A stretch of DNA of 64,000 nt from Patellaria atrata CBS 101060 (lineage: Eukaryota): contig MU006095.1 of the NCBI GenBank assembly GCA_010093705.1, positions 310,001 through 374,000 of the forward strand. Reading direction: 5' to 3'. The position numbers and the translations under genes are program-made. Shown here one piece after another: positions 11,700 to 23,013 of the stretch (positions within the stretch are counted from its first letter, which is position 1; each line of letters opens with the position of its first letter). The notes beneath the pieces are model-generated. The model made no database searches, was not told the DNA's origin, and was given only the letters and a program-made list of their open reading frames with translations.

Positions 11700-11879
11700 C
11701 GCGGTGGTCAAGTGGTGTGAGCCTCAGGTTCGCATCAGGTCACCCAGCGTTGTGGTCTCCCCGGCGCCAGTCAGGTTCGACTCCAGGCCTTGCTAAAGGC
11801 CAAAATGAGGGGAGGGGACTTAGAATAGTGACCTGAGATAATACGGAGGTGCGGACTATATAAGATGATTTTTTTTTTT
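11700..11879 (+). ncRNA. Candidate Pol III unit or tRNA-derived SINE relic (A box, B box, oligo-T)
   Basis: A-box-like TGGTCAAGTGG 11705-11715, B-box GGTTCGACTCC 11774-11784 and T11 at 11869-11879. I could not fold a canonical cloverleaf. Confidence 0.35.
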
Positions 11880-11995
11880 AAATTTAATAAATATTTAATA
11901 CAAAACCACCATTTCTTCCTGTACATCTCCGTATACAACATCACACTGGTCAATCCTGCCCGCTCCAACCCTCACATACCCCTCTCCCATATCTA

Positions 11996-14012
11996 TCATG
12001 ATGTCCTGCTTTGCCGCACGTCTAAGGATAAGCACATTCGGAATGATTTCCGGATCCTCCAGCACCCAAAGCGCACAAACTTCCCTTCGCTATCAAAATC
12101 TAATGTTGCAACCCCAAGCTTATGATCAGGATTATAGTAATCCAGCATAACCCAGTCAAGGGTATCGTAAGCCCTGGTGTAACCCGGATCCGATAGTTGC
12201 CTTGACCGTGGTTCCGTTCTTAACTTCAGCGGCACCATTCTGCCCGGTAACTCCAATGAACCCCTTTGAGCTCACCATTGGGATCTGAGCCGCGGGGAAA
12301 CAGCGAGACACTGACGAGTTCGATTCCGCTCTCCTCCGGCTGAAGGTTTGGCAAATGGAATAAAGTGTAGTCGTAGTTGATAGGGCCTTCGTAAGCAGCC
12401 TAGGATGCAGAAGGGGCGCGCCACTGTACCGCCGGGGGAGGGAAGTGTTCACTTGGTACACGAGACCAGAGAAGCTGACGGTGAAGCGTGTGGGACCAGA
12501 GACCTGCCAGATAACGATTTGGCGACTAGGGAGACTGTATAGGGAGGAATTGGAAGTCGCAGGAGGCCGCGAGGAAGGTCACGAGGCCGGATATCGCCGG
12601 AAGTCTGTCTGTCGGATAGATGAAAAGGCGATGACTGTAGTTGATCACGGTTTTGATCCAGCAGTAGTGAAAGTTGTGATCTAGAAATGTCGGTGATTTG
12701 GATGGGATTTGAAGTGCTTCGTTTGAAGGAGTAGTGAAATGTCGTAATAGTGGAAGAGTCCGACCAAACTCGATTTCTGGTCTATTGTCACCTGGATACG
12801 ACGAGCGTCCAACTAATTGCCGATGCACAAGTCCATCTTCTAGCTTGGCGTGTTCGTTGCATTTAAACACCAACCGTTCGTAACCACAATGCAGAAGCCT
12901 CGTTGAGAGAATGCGTTCTTGGAGACACCAGCGTCGTTTCGATAGAGGTCCGAAGAGAGTTCCGAAGAGACGGGAGGAATTTTCGGAAAGTGTCACCCTC
13001 CAGACACCTTGACCGGGAGAGAGCATATCTAATGTTAAAGACTCACCTCGTAAATGAGCTACTCCAGGAAAGCAACCACTGTTCTTATCATTACCCGCAG
13101 ATGTGCAGATAGTGATATAAGCGTGCTTGAAGATATGACTCATTTTGCAAGATTCCCGCTCCCACTCCGAACTGTTATCCGCATCTTGAAGGATACACAG
13201 CGCATCGATAAAAAGCCACCGCTTCTCCAATGCACGTGTGATGATAACCGCATCTCGGTAGGTCTTTGGGAGTGCGGAGACTTGTATCTGAGCTTTTCGG
13301 CTAGCAAAGCTTTTAGTATTTGTAGTCACCTCAGGTGAAAGACCGCAACAGTAGCTCAGATATATATATTCCCTGATAGCACTGCGTGCTCTACAAACCG
13401 GATTGTGCCTGACAACTCAGCTTCGAACAGATCTAACAATCTCGACGGCAATTTGAGCGGATCTGTGACGCTCTTGACAGTGCAGTTGGTGTGCTGCTGA
13501 ACGCACTCACTCACGTATGGTTTCACTGAGTTCAACACAGTTTCGTCTCCAGTATAGGGGATAATTTTCGGTTAATGAAAAGATTCTGGAGAGGGTTGTC
13601 TTTGATCGATGTCAGTTTGCAAATTGTAGATTCCTCACCGAAGATGAAATTCCTACCTCGCTCTACATATAATGCTATCCTTGTAATTGCTGGTCGTATT
13701 TCAACAAAAATCCATTGATGTGCTAAAGCTCCATCAGCGAGTCTTTGACTGCGTTCAGGTATAATTCTGACAGATGCATCGTCTTATATATATTCAGAAT
13801 CAATATAATCCACTCCTGTCCTTCCGGAGAATAAAATCATACAAAGGGCAATATGTAGCGTTATTGCTTAAAGTTCCGTCTGATGAATGAATATATGGTG
13901 CTTGGAGGATCTCGAAAGATATTGACCTGCAGTTATTACAGAAACTCGGGTTCAGTTCCCCTATATTTCTACTATGGATCTCTAACTTGGAAGTTTTCTT
14001 GACTGAATTCAT
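11996..14012 (-). pseudogene. HET-domain (heterokaryon incompatibility) protein pseudogene
   Basis: LPSRLLDL, LSYCCG, LPKTYRDAVIITRALEKRWLFIDALCILQD, WERESCKMSHIF, PLSKRRWCLQERILSTRLLH, DRLPAISGL, YLAGLW, RAPSAS*AA. Frameshift near 13356 and in-frame TAG stops at 12526-12528 and 12400-12402. Confidence 0.85.
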
Positions 14013-16199
14013 GTTCTGTTTGATCTGAGAGGAATCGTTTACTGAAGACTAAGATATAGCAATCAAGGGAACTACTATTCGACGAAGCAAAGAAACCTTA
14101 TACGGTACCTTATATTCATATATTACGCTATAATGTTGAATTTGAGGAGGGAAGCCTTATTCTCGTCAATACCGGTTGGGGTCAAACGATAGAGCTATCA
14201 GTTGTAGAAAGACAGTCTATAGAGGAGTAGAGCCAGTGAAGAAGGAGAATTAAGAAATAGTCATCAGAATGCGGTAAGATGATTAGATATAACAAAAGTT
14301 TCCTATATCTTGTATTCTGTGTTCTGGTAGATTAGGTTGAGTTAACGATGGGAGGCTGTGGTGAACAGAGGTCTAAAAAGGCTTCCGTCCGGGGGAGGTG
14401 GGTCGCCCCAGAACGTCGAAATCGCCCTATTAACAAGACCTTTGACTGTAGAACTAAGATTTTAAGCGAAATATCTTGACCAATACTGCTCTAAATTTAT
14501 TGCTTTCAGTGTTATTATGCAGCTATTTGTATGCTCTATGTTACTAGGTATAGTATAATAGTATTCCATAATGGTCAGATGACCATAGAGGTATGTTAAC
14601 TCTACGTGATACTCTACCTAATACTCTATAAAACACCCCGTAAACACTTCTACATATAGTACGGGCTATAGCCTTCATATGTCTATAGTTAAGCACGTTA
14701 TACGGTGAAGGGATGATGGGGATTGTCAATACGACCGCGAGAGGCGCTCCTGCGACCTGACATTGTGAAAAGAGAACGCTCGAACTTGCTAGGAATTGGG
14801 ACGGCGGATCAGAAAATAATCTGGACGGGATTTCATTTTTCATTTTGTGTAAGTTATTAGAAGTTAGTTCATTCATACCACGATCTCGCGTTCTGCCATA
14901 AGATCGTATGTAGGAGTCGTCTCAGTCCACTCTTCGAATCTACCCTCATCCTTCTTTCTTTTAGCGTATGAGCTGCTTTTGGCCTCGATGAATGTCCAAT
15001 CAGTAACGGAACTGTCACCTTCTCAGATGTTAGCTGCAGAAATATTTCAGCTTAATATGGCCCTTACTTAATATTTTATCCCGTGCTAACTGCTGCATTG
15101 CGTTCCTTATCCAAGTAAGACATGTCCATTCTGGATTCTATCAGACATGTGTCAGGTATAGAACTGATGGTGCGGAGACCATGAGATCTTACATCTTGAA
15201 CTATCGGTACCCTTTCTAAAGACCTTTCAAAGTTATACTGCGAACTCTTGATCTTGCCGATCAGCACCTTGACCAGAAGCCTTGCATTTTTGGTTTCTAG
15301 GAGTGGGTAGTGTTCGAATTCCCACGTAGACTTCAATGTACCATCGCGTTTCACCAGCTTGTTCGTCGCATGGTACCTATTTGTGCTATCCGGATTTGCG
15401 TCTTTGGAAGATGCAAGTAAAGCCCAGTGATTTCTAGGCGTCAGAAACATAAGTAGACCATTTTACAATGAAGGGCTGTAAAGGTAGCACAATATGAAAT
15501 GCGGAACTTACTCCCCTTCTCGTTTGTGATGGTAAAGGGCAACATACAATCGATCCTTATTTCGGGATATCATGGCGTGGTGTACAATGAAAACGAGAAG
15601 TATCAAACATAAAGTAGACTTACCTTAGATTATTTAGTCTGGTGCACGGGCCGGGTGATTAATAAAATAGACTAAAAAGAACAAATTTGGTAAGGAAGCG
15701 TAATAGAAGGGTTACTTAGGCACAACTTATGTACCCCTTACATGAAATTCTAACCTGGCTAACAACAACTTAATAGCGCAGTTTACGATATCCAAAGAAT
15801 TCAGACTACGTTGCGTCCATAGAAAATACAGGTTTCGCACAACGTAAGATATCGTTGTCGTCAGGTTATCCCGTCGTCGTACCTATGTATCTAGGTCAGC
15901 TGTACTGTGCTGTACAACAGTATGATCTGCCGGGTTTTGGCTCATGCCATGCTTTGTTTATATCTCTTACATACCGCGGGCTCTATCTTGACTGTACCGA
16001 TACACTTCTCAGGAGAGCTGAGATGGAACAACTCTTTTACCCCCTGCAGGACGCTTTACTGATGAGATATAATAGCGCGGATCCTGATAGACATTCTCGT
16101 TTCTTAGAATCTCTATATCCAAAGTGATTCGGAATGTAAGTTTCATGATGGAGTCCAACAAAATACTTAATTGCCGCAGACTTGAAGGTCGGCAAATAT

Positions 16200-16780
16200 C
16201 AAAGTCAAGCCCTAGTAATTATACTCGGTCTTGCTTTCGCTATGACAGCCTCAAACAAAGATCGTCTATTCTGGGTACCAGTTAGGTGTATCCTAGCCAC
16301 AATCCCTGCCCCTCTGTCTCCGTCAACGAGGATATCTTGCTCAAGTCTCAAACACGTTGTGTACTTTGAATTCTCATACATCGTAATTAATTCATTGATG
16401 CCTGGAAACCGGCCAGGATATCTCTTGCGATCGTTGATAAGGAAGGAATGGAAATCCCGGATAGTATCGAATGGTCCAAATCCACGTACGCCACGAGGGA
16501 CGCGCATAGAGCCATCCACACCCACAACATTGCCGTGGGAGGCTTCAAAGTATGCATTTCCTAAATGTAGTCCCTCAGTTGCTCCATAGGTCTTGGATTG
16601 GTTAGATCGTCGAGACGAATTCTGGTCAATTGGCGAACCAAATAGACGACATGACAATATAGGTGACACCCTTCCTCTCAACTGCACAGTAAACCTCTGG
16701 TATCGGTATTGACGTGTTTGATGCAATGAACTGCGTGGCGTAGGCCTCGGAGAGGTGTTGGAATGTATCGCATATTCGGC
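16200..16780 (-). pseudogene. Aminoglycoside phosphotransferase (APH)/choline kinase-like protein pseudogene
   Basis: Fragments in shifting frames: HLSEAYATQFIASNTSIPIPEVYCAVERG, TYIVMS, GVDG..FGPFDTIRDFHSFL, DILVDGDR, *DTPNWYPE*. The catalytic HGDL is missing. Boundaries are approximate. Confidence 0.7.
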
Positions 16781-17137
16781 CTGTGAGAAATAGGACAGAC
16801 GACCGTCATGATCGAAAGCGCTTTAAGATTTTTAATTGCCGCAAGGGTAGTTCTAAGGTTGCGCCGTACCCAAGTATTCTTGCTTGTCAGGAGGCTGATA
16901 CAATATAGGATTAGGCATTGCGTGGGAGTAGCAAGAAACTCTTGAGGTAGATCACAGAATGTAGAATGTACGAGTACGCCGTGACGTTAAGATTCGGCGA
17001 AGTATCGGAAAGCCAGGACACTAGAGCAGCCCGTTTAAACACCGGAAGTCCGAAGCTTCTAAGGTTACCTTATCACCTCCGGCTCAGTATTTAGCAAGAG
17101 CATCACATGTAGTATCTTTCCATCATTATATTGCAAG

Positions 17138-18019
17138 ATGTCTTGTCCTGATTGCTTCAAGGGTGCCATTCATGACCATGCGACCCCTAAGGGTGAGGAA
17201 TCAACTATCCACGGCATTCGCACCTACATTGCATCCCCTCCGGTCTCATCAGGATCAAATTCCACAATCATATATATCTCTGACGTTTTCGGGTTGCGAC
17301 TGGTTAACAATAAACTTCTCGCTGACGAATTGGCTGCCGGAACTGGTCACCGTGTCCTCGTTCCTGACTGTGTGCCTGGGGGAGGCATGGACATCAATGC
17401 AATGAACTATGTTGACACATTCACCACTCCGCCAGTGTGGTACGACGTGATCGGTCAATTCAAGCGCATTATGGCGCTTTTACGTGCAGCAATGCTGTTC
17501 ATCCCCTTCATGATAAACGCGGCTCCGCCAATCGCATACCCTAACGTCCTCTCATATTCACGTGCAGTCAAGGCGGATTTACCACAAGGGGCCAAACTTG
17601 GCGTATGTGGGTTTTGCTGGGGTGGATATCTATCCACACAGCTATGTACTGAGCCTTCCGTGGAGAATGGTAATGAAAGACTGATCGATGCACAATTCTG
17701 TGGCCATCCTTCCTTCCTCAAGACCCCTGGGATGATCGTTGATGCGATCTCCAAATTCAAGACTCCCTATTCCGTTGCTATAGGTGACAAAGATTTTGTC
17801 TTCCCGTTGAGGGAGATTCAAAAAACGGAGGCCGCATTGAGGGAAAAGGTCGGGAGAGGAGAGGGTGATGGTGGATATAACTACGAAATAAAAACATACA
17901 AGGGCTGCAGACACGGATTTGTCGTTCGATCAAGACCTGGGGACAAAAACGAGTCGGAGAGAGCTGAAGAAGCCAAAGAGCAAGCAATTCACTGGTTCCA
18001 AGCATTTATGAGGTCATGA
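17138..18019 (+). CDS. Dienelactone hydrolase family alpha/beta hydrolase (intronless)
   Basis: MSCPDCFKG start, DVFG..NNKLLAD, nucleophile motif GFCWGG, HPS, GDKD, catalytic HGFVVR, and C-terminal AKEQAIHWF. Confidence 0.93.
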   Translation: MSCPDCFKGAIHDHATPKGEESTIHGIRTYIASPPVSSGSNSTIIYISDVFGLRLVNNKLLADELAAGTGHRVLVPDCVPGGGMDINAMNYVDTFTTPPVWYDVIGQFKRIMALLRAAMLFIPFMINAAPPIAYPNVLSYSRAVKADLPQGAKLGVCGFCWGGYLSTQLCTEPSVENGNERLIDAQFCGHPSFLKTPGMIVDAISKFKTPYSVAIGDKDFVFPLREIQKTEAALREKVGRGEGDGGYNYEIKTYKGCRHGFVVRSRPGDKNESERAEEAKEQAIHWFQAFMRS

Positions 18020-18020
18020 A

Positions 18021-18060
18021 GGCTAAAGAAAGGGCTAAAGAAAGGGCTAAAGAAAGGGCT
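18021..18060 (+). repeat. 12-bp tandem repeat (GGCTAAAGAAAG)x3.3 immediately after the stop codon
   Basis: ggctaaagaaag ggctaaagaaag ggctaaagaaag ggct read directly. Confidence 0.9.
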
Positions 18061-19384
18061 CAATGGGCATACATATTAACGAGAAGCGCTCGTCCCAACG
18101 TCTCTTCAATCTAGCTCTTGATTCTGCAATAATATCCTGGAGTCAGAATGATTGGAACCCAACTTACTTTCTATTGAAGACTACCAAGGAGTAGGCTACA
18201 ACATCGATAGCTTTACCTACCTGAGGTAGCTCCTCGGAACTAATCAGAACTCTATCCAGTCAGTCTCGTTCTATCCTGCATGCTAAACATCCAGAGCGTG
18301 TTTCACACTGTGCAGAATTGCAGATGGCAGGGGAGAGTACATACAGTAAGGTATTTATAGCCCAAGGCGCACGCAGCGGTACGTAACAACGAATGCAGCT
18401 TGTGATATTTCTCGTCGATCACCATGGTCGTAAAAGCTTTTTCTCTCCACGGCATAGCAAGTACGGAGTAATAATGAGGTCAGGTAGTTTGAATCTCCCA
18501 CCGGCCCCCACACCTTCCACCACCAACCCCTCTCCCATGATTGCCCTCCGCTTAAACGGCTACCACACAAACCACAGCTTAATTAATTAAATTCCCATCC
18601 TAACGGCACTTACTAACCCTAGGGGGAATAGTTTAGCGTTCCTGGATATCTAAATTTGGCGCTCGTCGAGGAACGTTTGACCAGCCAAGCAGACAGCGTT
18701 CTCGCCAAATTCAAGGTCTGACCAGATGATAGGTGATGTATTAAGGCTCTTAACACCAGAGACTGGGATAAATCCTTGATCGAAGGCTGAGTTCGTCAAA
18801 AGCGGGATGGCCCGGGGGCTGATTCTTCGACGACATGGCTGCAGATGGTTGGGTTTTAAGGGAAGTCTCTTCGCACACCGCAGAAGGTCATGATTTTGAT
18901 AGATATCTCCAGTGGTGGTGTTATTCTGGGGTTGCATTTGTGTGACGAACCTACTAAGATAGAACTACCAGCAAGGTGCGACAGCCCATAGCCGAACGGA
19001 GGCAGACACGCTCATTTATCAAATATATTAAAACTCGTTCCGGAGCCTGGTAGCTGGCGTAAATCATGCGTCTCCTGGAATAAGTGACGGTGAGTTGGAT
19101 CTTTGCCATGTTATCGGGTCGTCTTTTTATCTAGACTCTTTTCAAATGCAATATATTTCACGAGTATGCCCCTGGTAATCTCTCCCTACAAAGCTTCTTA
19201 CCGTGCAGTCGATCTCTTTGATGTAGTGTTGAGAGATATTCAGAATACAATATTGACACATATTTATCCCCTGATATTGTCCATGTTGCTGATTCAGATG
19301 CATTGTCCAGAACATTCGTTCCATTCAGCTAAACAATTCGAGAGATTCACTGTCGTTAAATCATTATAAGACATTCTTCTAGCC

Positions 19385-21147
19385 ATGCCCGAGATGAGAA
19401 CTGGGCAATGTGCGTCAATTCGAAGTATAACTCTGTCGTTACTTGTTTACTCGGCACAATTTGTGCATGCGCTCCCTCCACCATGTGAGGCTCCTATATA
19501 TCCTTCGTTATGAGTAAGAGATGACTAACATCAACAACAGCAGCACAGTTTTCAAATCACAGCACATCACCGCCGTCAGTATGTACACCAAGCTGTCAAG
19601 TTAACGTTGCTCCAATAAGTATCCTAGAATGGTTCCCAGTGAACTTCACTACGACTATTACTGCAGCTGTTGTGTGGTATACAATACGGCCTCAGCTATT
19701 CGAAACTTTCACGGCCACAGACACAGAATATCTTACCTTACCAAGTGGATTCACCTTGCCAGCCACAAACTCGCTGGGAACCGTAGTGACAACAATTTCC
19801 TTCGGCGGAGAAAGAGGAGCTTCAGAGACCGTAATGTAAGAGCAATCCCGTGACATGATATCAATATCTTTGGATACTTATTGTTGAGAAAGTGCATATC
19901 CGACGGGATACACACAGTATCCAAACAGTTATGAGTGGAGTGGTACCCTTCCTACAAACATCAAAAATCATTCGACTTGTTTTACAGCAACGGATAGCAT
20001 TCCCTTGGAGCTCCCTACTCCTGAAGTACCAACACAAACTTCATTCCCTGAACGGACAGATAACGGCCAACTCTATACACCCTATTGGCGAACGGTCACG
20101 CAAATAGGGCTTAATGAGATCGACTTCCCAGAATTGTATCCCAATGAGGATGCCCTGTCGCTTTGCTCATACGATGTTACATCTTCCGATCCGACTCCCA
20201 GTCCAGTTGTGAATGCCGCATATTTTTATACGGATACTTTTACAACTACTATAACTGACGACCGAATTGCGCATTCGGAAAGCACAGAGACGTTTATTGA
20301 TTTACCAACTGGACCGCCACCGCCGTACAAAACCACGACTACTCGCCCTCCGCACCATTACACATCTCGAAGTAAACCTTCTCACACGAGCGAAACACCC
20401 ACACCTATAGCTGCACATCAGGAGTTGACTGAAACGGCCGCTGACTTACCCACACCAGCCAATACTGGAGATCCACATTTGGCTCATGATGAGATGACTC
20501 AAACTTATATAGATCTCCCAAGTCCAAGGCCGATTGATCAAAATCCAAGCCCAGGACCCGCTGAGCAAAACCAAAGCCTAAGCCCAGGATCTGCTGTACA
20601 AACCGAAAGACCCGTATCCAGTAACCAGAACGGAAGGAATACTGATAGACCCACCGGACCGCAAGGACGCTTTACCATCACTCGAGTCGATGCGACCGCA
20701 CTACCAATTAACGAAGGACCACACTCATCTATTACCAATGCCCCCGATACTAGACCACAGTTTACGGCTACTAGTGCAGGTTTTATAGGCAGTGAAGACT
20801 TACCACCTGAAGTGACAGGCGGATCAGCGACTGCGAACCAGCAAACTAATGCAGTGGTGATCACCTTGACAGAACTAGACGGTGATAGCACTATTATAAG
20901 TGCTACTCCATTCGAAATGACGAACGCTCAAGGCAGTTTTGTCCTCACTACGCTTCTTCCGTCCATAACAACTGACAGTGAGGGTTCCACCGTGGTAGTC
21001 TATGGAAGCAATACATATCGAGCTCCTGCGAGTGGTACATTTAATGTAGAACCGCCTTTGTATACGGGTGGCTCTGCTCGCTCGAGGTACATTGATAAGT
21101 GCTTACGGGCTTTAACTTTCGTACTGCTTACGATGCTCTTGATTTAA
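19385..21147 (+). CDS. Secreted Ser/Thr/Pro-rich cell-surface protein, probably GPI-anchored; multi-exon 5' part (introns near 19485-1954x, 19579-19627, 1983x-19892)
   Basis: Signal-like ITLSLLVYSAQFVHALP, then FTTTITAAVVWYTI, AYPTGYTQYPNSYEWSGTLPT..C, a long Thr-rich body and a hydrophobic tail TGGSARS..LRALTFVLLTMLLI. The exact 5' exon phases are uncertain. Confidence 0.65.
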
Positions 21148-21748
21148 GGTTCCAAAACGAATGATGGAGGGATTTTATGAGTAATTAGGTTTTTCTCAAC
21201 GTGGTATATAAAGGGTGGGGTTTTGTTGCAATTGCGATTATATAATTTTAGGATAATTATTCAAATACACCTCAAGAATCAGCACCTTAGGGTCAAGTTA
21301 GAGGCCGTGTGCCTAGTATGTTGGCTAGTCTGCAAACCTTCACATTTGGAAAGCGCAAGCGATCTGTTAAATTACGACACAGCTCCCTCTGTTAAGGTTC
21401 TCGTTCAACCTCAATGAGATCTATCTTTTTCACATTTCCTTTTGGCTCGCGTCAATGACTGTTTCGTCCATTACCTTCTTGAAAAATCTCATCTGTAATC
21501 ATGGCAGCCTTCAGGGAAACGTTCTTTTCGAAGTCATGTCAATATATACCCCTAACCTTATTGGATATGAAAATCCACGGCAAATCTTTGATGTGGCGGA
21601 CAAGGCAACGAGGCAGTTAAGGTAAGGTAGGAAGGCTGCCTGGATGTCAGCAAGGCTGAGTGGTACGGGAATCTTCTCGACCTAACCTTCTTTTATCGAT
21701 GTCTCTCGCATTGAACTTCTTCTCAATCACTCGCAGTCCTCAGCCGCG

Positions 21749-21925
21749 ATGGACGTTGCAGCTAGTGTTGTTTCATTCATCAGTGTGAGCTTGCAGCCGG
21801 CCGAAAATATCTTCAAGATCGTTCCAAGGGGTCAAAGATGGTTCAGAGCAAGCCTAACAGCTTGCATCAGCCTTGCAACGCTTCAAGAAAATTCTACAAC
21901 AGCTTCCGGTCCTCCTCTCTTCTTC
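21749..21925 (+). pseudogene. 5' stump of a fungal STAND/NLR-type N-terminal helical (SesA/HeLo-like) domain gene
   Basis: MDVAASVVSFISVSLQPAENIFKI, then a frameshift to FQGVKDGSEQA*QLASALQRFKKILQQL. This fits the recalled pattern AASvvgxixxxxqx..xxVKDAP..LxxxL. The similarity stops abruptly. Confidence 0.55.
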
Positions 21926-21929
21926 TGGT

Positions 21930-22374
21930 ATTGCTCTCCAGGTATATTTGTCATCTCGATACGCTTGTTCTAGATCAGTGTAGTGATTCACAAAGAACTC
22001 CTAGGACATGGTAGGGTCTTCCGAGGACTTATCTGACCTGTTCGTTATCGTCAATTGATTGGAATCTGAAGGTTTTGGCGAATATTTGAAAACATACATC
22101 ATAGGTATACGTTTAAGTAAACTGTCGCTATTGTCCTCTCCAGCTTCCAAAAGTAGAACGGAGTGACCATGGCGGGCGAGGTTTGCGCTACACACATGAG
22201 ATTCTATTTCAAGCATTCGATTAATTCACCTTACGCTAACGGTCCACCCCCAGGACCAGAACCAACTACGATATATTCGAATTCCAGTCCGGAAAATCTT
22301 GCGGTTAAACTGTGTGGTATCTAGAGCAGGAAAATGACAAGACAGGGAATATAAAACTTGAACACGGAATACAT
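21930..22374 (-). pseudogene. 5' stump of a secreted GMC oxidoreductase (AA3)
   Basis: Signal peptide with an internal TAG, then FEYIVVGSGPGGGPLA/intron/ANLARHGHSVLLLEAGED (FAD Rossmann fold), then DPTMS*EFFVNHYTDLEQAYRDDKYTWR. No downstream GMC sequence. Confidence 0.8.
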
Positions 22375-23013
22375 AGAGACGCTATATTCAACTTCTTTTC
22401 GAATAGGACTTTGTGCAACATTATATGTATAATATACTGTATGAGAAGATGTGGAGAGATTGCTAAAGACTCAAAACGCTGAAATGTGAGTGACCCTTGA
22501 GGGATGAGGAAAAGCAGTAATGTCAGAGTAGGAGTAAGGCATTAACTGCTAAGGCAAGATAAATAAACTGTTGAACAAGATTAGACTGCACTGAATCTAA
22601 GGAAATTCATTTTGAAAATATACCTTGACTGTTACTATGAGGAATAGTGTAGCTAAGACTCTAGCTGATATCCCAACAAATACTCGAGGAGATGTTCCAA
22701 GAGATGCTCGGAGAGGTAGTTAAAGAAATACGCTAAGAGATGCCCTAAAGAGATACTCTATGACAGACGCAGTAGCAAAGATGTAAACGCTACTATAGTA
22801 CGTCTTGGCTGCATTTTTATGCGATTACCCCACTTGAAGTTTGAACAGTTATACCTGCTGTCCCTTTTGTTCCTAGATATGAACCTCTTTGCTAAAGAGC
22901 TGGGACACATAGGAAGATACGAGCCTACCTACCTAGAACGCTGACGTCCTAATCGATAGCCGCATAGGATACTGTAGCCTAAGGTATATTCTTTCAAACC
23001 CAAGTACATCAAC

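Noticed and set aside
11696..11795. Functional tRNA gene
   Set aside because: A and B boxes are present, but the acceptor, D and T stems do not pair convincingly. Kept only as a Pol III/SINE candidate.
14900..15620. Decayed gene on the minus strand (NHWALL..YNFE fragment)
   Set aside because: It looks coding-like, but I cannot assign a family or a gene structure.
18650..18990. BTB/POZ-like relic on the plus strand (FFDDMAADGW..FDRYLQWWCYSG)
   Set aside because: The resemblance is limited to one short fragment and is too weak without an HMM search.
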